DNA of 64,000 nt from an uncultured Gemmatimonadales bacterium (GTDB lineage: Bacteria; Gemmatimonadota; Gemmatimonadetes; Gemmatimonadales; GWC2-71-9), in contig CAVSLV010000001.1 of assembly GCA_963728915.1 (NCBI GenBank), positions 32,001 through 96,000 of the forward strand, in the 5' to 3' direction. Numbering within the stretch: the stretch's first letter is position 1; the number at the start of each line of letters is the position of its first letter. The notes under the pieces are model-generated. The model was not told the origin of the DNA, ran no database searches, and saw only the letters and a program-made list of their open reading frames with translations. Shown one piece after another: positions 56,482 to 64,000 of the stretch. Both the position numbers and the translations under genes were made by a program.

Positions 56482-57027
56482 CTGACCGCTCAGACTGCCC
56501 TGAATCGCGCCGATCTAGATCGCGCCGACGTGTCGCTGGCCCAGGCCGGCGATCCTGACGCGTTCGAGCGGATCTACCGGCGCCATGTGGCCAGGGTGGC
56601 GCGCTTGGCGAGCTGGCTGGTCGAAGGAGGAGACGTCGACGATGCGGTCCAGGAAGTGTTCATCCGGGTCTGGCAAAAGCTCCACACCTTTGCGGGGCAC
56701 TCGAGCTTCGGCACCTGGCTCCACCGGGTTGCGGTAAATCTCATGCTTCGGCGCCGCCGCACCCTTCGCCTCATGCAACAACGCCATTCCGGCAGCGACG
56801 AGGAGCTGGCGGCGGTGAGCGGGCCGCTCGATCGCCCCGACCTCAAGCTGGCCATCGAACGGGCCATGGATGAGCTGCCGCCCGGCGCCCGCGAGGTCTT
56901 CGTTCTCCACGACATGGAAGGTTACAAGCACGAGGAAATCGGGCGGTTGCTCGGCGTCGACGCCGGCACCTCGCGCTCCCAGCTCCATCGCGCTCGCATG
57001 CTGCTGCGGCAGCTCCTGGCGGGTTGA
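56482..57027 (+). CDS. ECF RNA polymerase sigma factor (start CTG 56482 or GTG 56530)
   Basis: GDPDAFERIY, DDAVQEVF, SSFGTWLHRVAVN, EGYKHEEIG...SRSQLHRAR. Confidence 0.92.
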   Translation: MTAQTALNRADLDRADVSLAQAGDPDAFERIYRRHVARVARLASWLVEGGDVDDAVQEVFIRVWQKLHTFAGHSSFGTWLHRVAVNLMLRRRRTLRLMQQRHSGSDEELAAVSGPLDRPDLKLAIERAMDELPPGAREVFVLHDMEGYKHEEIGRLLGVDAGTSRSQLHRARMLLRQLLAG

Positions 57028-57040
57028 GGAGGGTTCGATC

Positions 57041-57712
57041 ATGGATGGCTACACCACGACGCTCTCGGCGTATCTCGACGGGGAGCTCAACGACCTGGAG
57101 CGAAACCGACTGGAGGCGCACCTCGCGACCTGTGGCGAGTGCCGGACTGTGCTCGCGGACCTTCGGATGATCGTGGCCGCCGCTCCGCACTATGAAGGTC
57201 GGGCGCCGGGCCGGGATCTCTGGCCTTCCATCAAGGCTCATCTCACCGCCGCGCCGAAGCGGCGTCCCTCAGGCGCATGGCAGGACGTTGCCGCCCTCGT
57301 TCGTCCTGCGGGCCCCCGCTCCCGTTTCGGTTGGCCGGTCGTCCTCGCAGCCTCTCTGCTCATGGCTCTGGTCGGTGGGGGCGCCGTCTGGGTAGCCACC
57401 CACCGTATGCCCGCGGTCGTGCAACCCTCGGCGCCGAGCGCCGCGCAACTGACTTCCTTTGCCGACCGGGACTACCAGTCGGCGGTCGCCGATCTCGAGC
57501 GGGTCCTCGACGAAGGACGCAGCCGGCTCGACACCGCGACGGTGCGAGTCATCGACGAAAGCCTCCGCAAGATCGACGCGGCCATCGCGGAAGCCCGCGC
57601 CGCGATTGCGAAGGATTCCACCAATGCATTCCTGAGCCGCCAGGTGACCGCCAACATGCGGCGCAAACTCACCCTGCTCCGTGCCGTTGCCGGTGCGCTG
57701 GCTCGAACCTGA
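57041..57712 (+). CDS. zf-HC2 anti-sigma factor
   Basis: LSAYLDGEL...HLATCGEC and one TM helix. GAGGAGG SD. Confidence 0.88.
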   Translation: MDGYTTTLSAYLDGELNDLERNRLEAHLATCGECRTVLADLRMIVAAAPHYEGRAPGRDLWPSIKAHLTAAPKRRPSGAWQDVAALVRPAGPRSRFGWPVVLAASLLMALVGGGAVWVATHRMPAVVQPSAPSAAQLTSFADRDYQSAVADLERVLDEGRSRLDTATVRVIDESLRKIDAAIAEARAAIAKDSTNAFLSRQVTANMRRKLTLLRAVAGALART

Positions 57713-57722
57713 CGAGGATGCC

Positions 57723-58613
57723 ATGAACCCTCTTGCCCTGCTGATCCTGGCCGCGACCGCCGGCCCGCTTCCGCCCGACACCACGTTTGGCGTCCCGGCC
57801 GGAACCCGGCTCCGGCTCGAGCTCATGAACGGGTCGATCACGGTGAGCGCGTGGGATCGGAACGAGCTGCAGGTGCAATCCCGCACCTCGCGGCGGAATG
57901 AGGTGCGGGTGCGCCGGTCGGGGAGCGTGGTCTCGATCGAGGTGGAAAGCGACTATGGCATGCCGGCCCGGGCGGACATCACCCTCACGGTTCCGGCCTG
58001 GATGGCCCTGAGTTTCGAGGGCATGAACACCGATATCAAAGTGGACGGGGTCCGCGCTCCGCTCGAGATCGAGACCCTGAATGGTGATATCACCGTGAAT
58101 GGTGGCTCGGACCTGGTGCAGCTCTCCTCCACTTCCGGGAAAGTCACGGTGACCGGGGCGCGGGGCCGAATCGAGCTCAGCACCACCGCCCAGGACCTCA
58201 TCGGGACCGATCTCCAGGGAGACGTGGTCGTCGAGGCGGTCAGCGGGGATATCGTCCTTCGCAACGTCGACTCGAAATCGGTGGAAGCCGAAACGGTGAG
58301 CGGATCGATCTGGTTCAGCGGGGCCATCCGCGACGGCGGACGGTACTCGCTCTCCGCCCACAGTGGGGACATGATCGTGGGGATTCCCGAGGGGACCAAC
58401 GCGACCCTCACCGCCTCGCTTTTTACCGGCCAGGTCGAGACCGCCTTCCCCCTGACCTCCAGCGAGCGGAGCGGGCGGCGGTCTCGAACCTTCCGACTGG
58501 GGAATGGCAGCGCGGCCATGGACCTCGATGCCTTTTCCGGGAACATCTATCTGGTGCGTCCCGACGAATTTGCTTCGCGGCTGTCCCGCCGAGCCCCGAC
58601 CAAGCCGGACTGA
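57723..58613 (+). CDS. DUF4097 beta-strand-repeat (adhesin-like) protein
   Basis: Signal peptide and repeated T/S-x-S/N-G-D/S-I motifs. Common partner of ECF/anti-sigma pairs. Confidence 0.85.
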   Translation: MNPLALLILAATAGPLPPDTTFGVPAGTRLRLELMNGSITVSAWDRNELQVQSRTSRRNEVRVRRSGSVVSIEVESDYGMPARADITLTVPAWMALSFEGMNTDIKVDGVRAPLEIETLNGDITVNGGSDLVQLSSTSGKVTVTGARGRIELSTTAQDLIGTDLQGDVVVEAVSGDIVLRNVDSKSVEAETVSGSIWFSGAIRDGGRYSLSAHSGDMIVGIPEGTNATLTASLFTGQVETAFPLTSSERSGRRSRTFRLGNGSAAMDLDAFSGNIYLVRPDEFASRLSRRAPTKPD

Positions 58614-58666
58614 ATTCCCGGGCGGGTTGGCCGTATATTCGAACGCCCCTTCCCTGGATCTACCCC

Positions 58667-59032
58667 ATGGCACTTCCGGCTTCTTCCGGCTCCCAGCGCA
58701 TCCTCCACCCCATGACCACCACGACGTTCGGATTCGAGGGGTTCCACGTGGTGCAATCTCTCGGCGTGGTTATGGGGATCACGGTCCGTTCCCGCTCCGT
58801 GATCGGCCTGATCGGCGCGAGCTGGCAAGTGGCGTTTGGCGGGCGGATCAGCATGTTCGTGACGCTGTGCGAAAGGGCCCGTCAGGAAGCGTTCGAGCAC
58901 ATGCTCCAGCACGCCGAGCAGACCGGCGGGAATGCGGTGGTGGGAGTCCGCTATGACGCCAACGAGATCATGAAAGGCGTGACGGAGGTCCTCTGCTACG
59001 GGACCGCCGTCGTGGTCGAACCGATTTCCTAG
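58667..59032 (+). CDS. YbjQ/UPF0145 family protein
   Basis: LGVVMGITVRSRS, ARQEA, GGNAVVGVRYD, EVLCYGTAV. Start may be 58712. Confidence 0.9.
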   Translation: MALPASSGSQRILHPMTTTTFGFEGFHVVQSLGVVMGITVRSRSVIGLIGASWQVAFGGRISMFVTLCERARQEAFEHMLQHAEQTGGNAVVGVRYDANEIMKGVTEVLCYGTAVVVEPIS

Positions 59033-59757
59033 GGCAGCACCCGGATCTTGATGTTGCGGAATGCCACCTCGTCTCCGTGGTCCTGGACCCCGATGTAGCC
59101 TACCGGGGCCTGGCCGTACTCCGGCCACTGCGCGAACTTGCTCGCCGCCACTTTCTGCTTCCATTCCGCGCTGCCCAGCTCGTAGCTCGCGATCTTCTTC
59201 CCATTGAGCCAGTGCTCGATGTGATTGCCGTTCACCAGGATTCTCGCCGTATTCCATTCGCCGACGGGTTTCACCACGCCGCGGACGGCCGGATAGAGCC
59301 CGTAGACTGAGCCGGCCGAGGTGAGCAGCGATTTCCCGTCGGGATGTCCGCCGTCGTCGAGCACCTGGAACTCGGGTGCGCTGAAATAGATCGCGCCGGA
59401 GCCGAGCGCAGCGCGATAGAAGATGCCGCTGTTGCCGTTGGGGGAGATCTTCCAGTCCACCATCAGCTCGAAATTGCGGAAGGTCTCCCGGGTGATGATG
59501 TCGCCGGCGCCTCGGCTGGCTCGGGTCATGGCCCCATCCAGCACCTGCCATCCGGTGGGCACCGAATCGGTGTCATAGCGCCGCCATCCGTCGAGGGTCC
59601 TGCCGTCGAAGAGGAGGCGCCAGCCTTCCCGTTGCTCCGCCGCGGTCAGCGTATTCGGGGCAGTCTGGGCGTTCTGCACAGGATGAGATATCCGAGATCC
59701 CGGGAACGAAAACGCCAGGATGCCGGTCAGGAGTGCCACCGATGAAGAAGATCGCAT
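59029..59757 (-). CDS. DUF1080 (3-keto-glycoside hydrolase family) secreted protein
   Basis: NTLTAAEQREGWRLLFDG, GNSGIFY, PEFQVLD, GEWN, GVQDHG..V.FRNIKI. Confidence 0.9.
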   Translation of the reverse strand: MRSSSSVALLTGILAFSFPGSRISHPVQNAQTAPNTLTAAEQREGWRLLFDGRTLDGWRRYDTDSVPTGWQVLDGAMTRASRGAGDIITRETFRNFELMVDWKISPNGNSGIFYRAALGSGAIYFSAPEFQVLDDGGHPDGKSLLTSAGSVYGLYPAVRGVVKPVGEWNTARILVNGNHIEHWLNGKKIASYELGSAEWKQKVAASKFAQWPEYGQAPVGYIGVQDHGDEVAFRNIKIRVLP

Positions 59758-59762
59758 AGACC

Positions 59763-61301
59763 TCAGACTTCCCATCCCTTCCGATACTCGCGGGTGAGGT
59801 ACTGATTCGCGTCGGGAATATTGGTGACCTGCCCGTTCGCGCCGTCGTAGAGCAGTTTGCGCCCCTGCCCGGTCCGGAGCGCGACGATTCCCAGCAACAT
59901 CGTCTCGGTGAGCTGGGCCGCGTATTCGAACGGGCAGGTCGTCTTGTTCTGGCCCTTGGCGGCGTTCACCCAGTTCATCTCGTGTGAAGTGGTGATCCGG
60001 GGATATTGCTGCGGCACCTGCCCGGTCTGGTCCATGAGCGACTGGGGATAGAGCCGTGGGTTGTCGCCGTAGGTGTCGTGCATCAGGACGCCCTTCTCGC
60101 CGTAGAAGATCACTCCGCCTTCGCTCTTCAGCACCACGTCGTCGGGCAGCACGTCGGGTCGCGGCGGATAGAGACCGCCGTCGCACCAGGTCATCTTGAG
60201 GGGCGACTCGCTGTCCCGCGCGAACTGGTAGTGCACCGTGGTCGCCACCGGATAGGTGACCGGTTTGGAGCGGGGCCGTCCGCCCGGCTCCGAGGCGGGA
60301 ACGATGCTGGTTCCCCACGGCGTTGAAGTCGCCTCGATGCTGATGGGATAATCGAGCCCGAGGGCCCAGAAGGGATGGTCGATCAGATGGGCGCCCATGT
60401 CGCCCAGGGCGCCGGCTCCGAAGTCGAGCCAGCCCCGCCAGTTGAACGGGTGATAGATCGGGTGATAGGCGATGTCTTCGGGCACCGGGCCGAGGAACAG
60501 GTCCCAGTGCAGACCATCGGGCATCTGGATCGGCGCCGCCCCCATCGCGGCGGCGAGCGTCTCGTTGACTCGACGCATCCCCCACGAAGTGCCGAACGCC
60601 GTCGAGCCCGATCCGTCAGCCGGCGCCGCGACCGGGCGGGGAATCCCCTGAGGCCAATAACCGACCGGCCGATTGGTCCAGACGTGGACTTCGCGGACCG
60701 GTCCGATCAGGCCCGCCTGGACCCATTCGTTGATGAGCCTCGCGCCGTCCCGGGAGTGGCCCTGATTCCCCATCTGGGTGGCGAGCTTCGGATTGCCGAG
60801 CGCCAGAGCGCGCAGGGTCCGCGCCTCGTGCACCGAGTAGGTGAGCGGCTTCTGCACGTAGACGTGCTTGCCGAGCTGCATCGCGCTCCTGGCGATGATC
60901 GCATGGTTGTGATCCGGCGTGGCGATGAGGACCGCTTCGATGTCCTTCTGCTTGTCGAGCATCTCGCGCCAGTCGGCGTAGCGCTTCGTCTTGGCGAATT
61001 GTTCCTGCAGCCGGATCCCCTCGGGACGGGGCTGGCCTTCGCGGTTTTTCTCCCGGCCCTGCAGCGAGTGTTCGACGTATCCGAAATCGACGTCGCAGAC
61101 CGCGACGATGGCCTCGCTGCCGAGGGCTTCGGCGTTGTTCATCCCCATCCCACCCGCCCCCACGACGGCCACGTGGAGGGTATCGCTGGGCGCCTGAAAT
61201 CCCGGCCCACCCAGAACTCGGCGGGGGAGAATCATCGCGCCGAACGCGGCCTGTCCCGCGCCGGCCACGAAGGAGCGTCTGGTGATCTTTCGGCGTGCCA
61301 T
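59763..61301 (-). CDS. Tat-exported Gfo/Idh/MocA oxidoreductase
   Basis: [44 protein letters not shown]. True ATG at 61301; the ORF track fuses it to upstream sequence. Confidence 0.92.
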   Translation of the reverse strand: MARRKITRRSFVAGAGQAAFGAMILPRRVLGGPGFQAPSDTLHVAVVGAGGMGMNNAEALGSEAIVAVCDVDFGYVEHSLQGREKNREGQPRPEGIRLQEQFAKTKRYADWREMLDKQKDIEAVLIATPDHNHAIIARSAMQLGKHVYVQKPLTYSVHEARTLRALALGNPKLATQMGNQGHSRDGARLINEWVQAGLIGPVREVHVWTNRPVGYWPQGIPRPVAAPADGSGSTAFGTSWGMRRVNETLAAAMGAAPIQMPDGLHWDLFLGPVPEDIAYHPIYHPFNWRGWLDFGAGALGDMGAHLIDHPFWALGLDYPISIEATSTPWGTSIVPASEPGGRPRSKPVTYPVATTVHYQFARDSESPLKMTWCDGGLYPPRPDVLPDDVVLKSEGGVIFYGEKGVLMHDTYGDNPRLYPQSLMDQTGQVPQQYPRITTSHEMNWVNAAKGQNKTTCPFEYAAQLTETMLLGIVALRTGQGRKLLYDGANGQVTNIPDANQYLTREYRKGWEV

Positions 61302-61349
61302 GGCGGTGCACTCGCGAGGGGGAATTTTGGAAATGTATCCCCGCCGGGG

Positions 61350-62060
61350 CTGGGTGCTACCCCTTGGGCCGGCCTCGCACCAGATCGCCGTAGTCGGGAG
61401 GTGGGCGATCAGCCCCCCGTTCGCGGTCGTCGTTGCAAACCCACGATCGAGCTGCTCCCGGTAATGGTCCAGGAAGAAATCCAGCGGGGTGGCCGGCCCC
61501 AGGTCGCGAACCAGCAAATCGGTGGGTTGCATGGTGAGCCTCCCGAACCGCAGCGTACCGCCCTGGTAGTACATGTAGTTCCGGCTGGTGGAATCCGGAA
61601 CCACCAGCCGGGTGACCGCGTGATGAGGGGATCGAAGGACCTGGGTCATGACGTCGTCGCCGAACCCGATCTCGATCACCTGACCTCGGACGGCCGGCGC
61701 TGGCAGGTCGTTGCCTTCGGCGCGCACTCCCCGGGCCCCCTTCCAGTCGACCAGCTTCTCGAGCGACAGCCCGACCGCACCCATTGCCCTGGTCACCGGA
61801 ATGCCGATCACGTGGATCGAGGTGGTGTGAATCCGGAGATCACCAGACTCGAGCCGGGCGATGCCCCGGGTGCGAAACGGGAATCCAGGCGGCCGAAGGT
61901 CCACTACGGCGCGCTGCGCGGCGATCGCGTCGCTTCGGATGTTCACCTTGGCGGTGTCGATTTCGAATTCGAAGGACCCTTTGTCGTCAAACCAGGGCGG
62001 CTCACCAATCCGAGTTCACCCGCTCCATCTGGGTCTCGACCGTGACCTCGGGGGGTTCCC
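61350..62060 (-). pseudogene. decayed gene for an uncharacterised protein
   Basis: Protein-like segments VETQMERVN / [17 protein letters not shown]...[17 protein letters not shown]...DFFLDHY / PDYGDL lie in different frames, with an in-frame stop and no clean start. Confidence 0.55.
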
Positions 62061-62213
62061 CAGGCCAAGACAGTGGAAGGCAATCCAGGATATTGGCGAC
62101 AGCGTCGACCTCCGGAAATCAGTCCGCCCTCTCCAAAGGAGACGAATCTGGGGCGGTGCGGTGGGGGTTCGAGGCGGGCGTCCCCCCTGAGGACGCACCG
62201 CAGGAAGGATGGG

Positions 62214-62552
62214 ATGTCAAAACGGGCGAATCCGTGGACCGGCGCCCCTCGAGCCGGAATCACGTTGTTGTTCCTGCTGTTCAGCGCATGGGCGTGTGTT
62301 CCGGCGCCCGACCCGCCCGCCGACGTTCTCTTTGTCGACCGGCAGCCTCCGCCTCCTCTGGGAGAAAACGTGGGTCTCCCTCCCCGGCCCGGTGTCGTGT
62401 GGCGGCGAGGCGTGTGGCGCTGGGACGGAAACGACTATCAATGGGTGCCCGGCCAGTGGGTGGTGCTCCCGGTCCGACAGGCGGCATGGGTGCCCGGTCG
62501 TTGGGTCAGGACTCGGCGAGGCTGGTATTTCGTGGAAGGCCACTGGCGGTGA
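62214..62552 (+). CDS. YXWGXW/WXXGXW-repeat lipoprotein
   Basis: Hydrophobic leader ending AWAC, then WRRGVW, WVPGQW, WVPGRW, FVEGHW. Confidence 0.8.
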   Translation: MSKRANPWTGAPRAGITLLFLLFSAWACVPAPDPPADVLFVDRQPPPPLGENVGLPPRPGVVWRRGVWRWDGNDYQWVPGQWVVLPVRQAAWVPGRWVRTRRGWYFVEGHWR

Positions 62553-62574
62553 CAATCCACACCGCCAGGTCAGT

Positions 62575-64000
62575 TCACTGTCGGGTACTCTGGAGCGTTC
62601 CCAGAAGGTCGACCAGAACGGTCGGATCGACCGGCTTCACCAGGTGGGAGTCGAAGCCGGCTTCCCAGGAGCGACGCTTCGCCTCTTCCTGACCCCAGCC
62701 GGTCACCGCGATGAGCAGCAGGTTTCGCCCCCACGCCTGCTGGCGAACCTGCTGGGCGGTCTCGTAGCCGTTCAAACCGGGGAGACCGATGTCGAGCAGC
62801 ATGACGTGCGGGTGAAAATCACCCGCCGTTTCGATCGCATCGCGGCTGTCGTACACCACGCGTGCTACGTGGCCGTGCAGGGTGAGAAGGGCTCCAAGGC
62901 TGTCCGCCGCATCACGGTTGTCGTCCACGATCATGATCCGCAGCGGATTCGAGGTCCGCTGGACCCCATGGTGCGCTGCTGCGGCGGTGGGAATGGCCTC
63001 CACCGGGACCGGGATCATGGGGAGTCGAACCGTGAATTCACTCCCCTTGCCGGGACCTTCGCTCTTCGCGTCGATGGTGCCGCCGTGCATCTCGACCAAT
63101 CGTTGCGCCAGGGTGAGACCGATGCCCAGGCCGCCTCTGGCCTTGGTCGTCGAATCGTCGACCTGGGTGAACATGTCAAACACCCGCGACAACATCGGCG
63201 ACGGAATGCCGATGCCGTTGTCCGACACCCGGAGGAGGACCTCCGAATCCTGGCGCCCGATCTCCACCCGGATCCGGCCGCTCTCCGGGGTGTACTTCGC
63301 GGCGTTGTTGAGGAGATTGCCAAGGACCTGGGCCAGGCGGGTCGGATCGCCATGGACCCAAAGAGGAGTCTCGGGAATGGAGACCTGGAGCTCGTGATCG
63401 CTCGCGGCGAGCGCCGGACGACTTGCCTCGATCGCAGCCTGGAGGATCGCGTTGATTTCCACCGGCTCTCGCCGGAGAATGAGTTTGGCGTTGGAGATCC
63501 GTGATACATCGAGCAGGTCGTCGATGAGGCGGGCCATCTGGGCAATCTGACGATCGATGACCGAAAGGGGCGCGGCAAGCTCGGGAAGGCTGCTCGAGGT
63601 GAGATGGACCATCTCCACCGCGGTGCGGATCGGCGCCAGGGGGTTCCTGAGCTCGTGAGAGAGGATCGCCAGGAACCGGTTCTTGGCCCGGTCCATTTCC
63701 TGAAGCTCGGTATAGAGTCGCCCCCGATCGAGGAAGTCGACTCCGAGCTGCACCGTGACATCCACCAGGTTGAGCTCGCCGCTGTTGCCGGCAAGCGAGT
63801 GGCGGAAGAACGTGGTCAGCACGCCGATGATCTGACCGGCGCCGCCGAGCAAGGGCGTGGCCTGGAGCCCGCGATACCCGGCTTGCCGGATCGGATTCTC
63901 CTGGGAGTCCTCTTCAGCGGAGAGGTCTTCCTCGATCACCCGCGTCCGGGTGGTGAGACACCGGCCAATCACCCCCTCGCCGCCTGGTATCCGCTCCAGC
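62575..64000 (-). CDS. hybrid sensor histidine kinase/response regulator, 5' end outside window
   Basis: GAF-like region, LSHELRNPLAP, NLLNNAAKY, DNGIG, GGLGIGL, receiver with VDDN, DIGLP and KP. Confidence 0.93.
   Translation of the reverse strand, partial: LERIPGGEGVIGRCLTTRTRVIEEDLSAEEDSQENPIRQAGYRGLQATPLLGGAGQIIGVLTTFFRHSLAGNSGELNLVDVTVQLGVDFLDRGRLYTELQEMDRAKNRFLAILSHELRNPLAPIRTAVEMVHLTSSSLPELAAPLSVIDRQIAQMARLIDDLLDVSRISNAKLILRREPVEINAILQAAIEASRPALAASDHELQVSIPETPLWVHGDPTRLAQVLGNLLNNAAKYTPESGRIRVEIGRQDSEVLLRVSDNGIGIPSPMLSRVFDMFTQVDDSTTKARGGLGIGLTLAQRLVEMHGGTIDAKSEGPGKGSEFTVRLPMIPVPVEAIPTAAAAHHGVQRTSNPLRIMIVDDNRDAADSLGALLTLHGHVARVVYDSRDAIETAGDFHPHVMLLDIGLPGLNGYETAQQVRQQAWGRNLLLIAVTGWGQEEAKRRSWEAGFDSHLVKPVDPTVLVDLLGTLQSTRQ

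Noticed and set aside
59763..61946. 727-aa novel fusion oxidoreductase
   Set aside because: An internal Tat signal with its own ATG at 61301 marks the real start. The upstream part is a frameshifted remnant.

Overview
A 64 kb, high-GC bacterial chromosome segment of mostly core and metabolic genes. Gene content and style suggest Gemmatimonadota (inference only). I found no rRNA, tRNA, CRISPR array or mobile element. Main blocks, in order: pepF/infA/csp; a minus-strand signalling cluster (degenerate HD protein, GAF-GGDEF cyclase, pseudokinase-kinase tandem) downstream of queC/queE; speA; TetR-acyl-CoA dehydrogenase-queF-citrate synthase; dinB; Mo/W ABC permease and ATPase; a complete alternative complex III operon (actABCDEF); an ECF sigma/anti-sigma pair; a Cys-rich protein and two tandem lipoprotein plastocyanin-like cupredoxins; a tightly coupled four-gene candidate sphingolipid operon (Spt, ceramide-synthase-like GNAT, ceramide-reductase-like SDR, Aur1/PAP2-like membrane enzyme); an M6 protease with a dockerin-like tail plus a cohesin-like lipoprotein; iorAB; a TetR-controlled exporter/acylase locus with two frameshifts; SPFH plus an Arc-like repressor; a second ECF system; a 3-keto-glycoside pathway pair; a decayed gene; and a partial hybrid kinase. 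The best candidate for a new system is the sphingolipid operon with its Aur1-like head-group enzyme. Other features of note are many leaderless starts, two probable non-canonical start codons, three operator-like palindromes and scattered 7-8 bp tandem micro-repeats. All family assignments come from motif recognition, not database searches.
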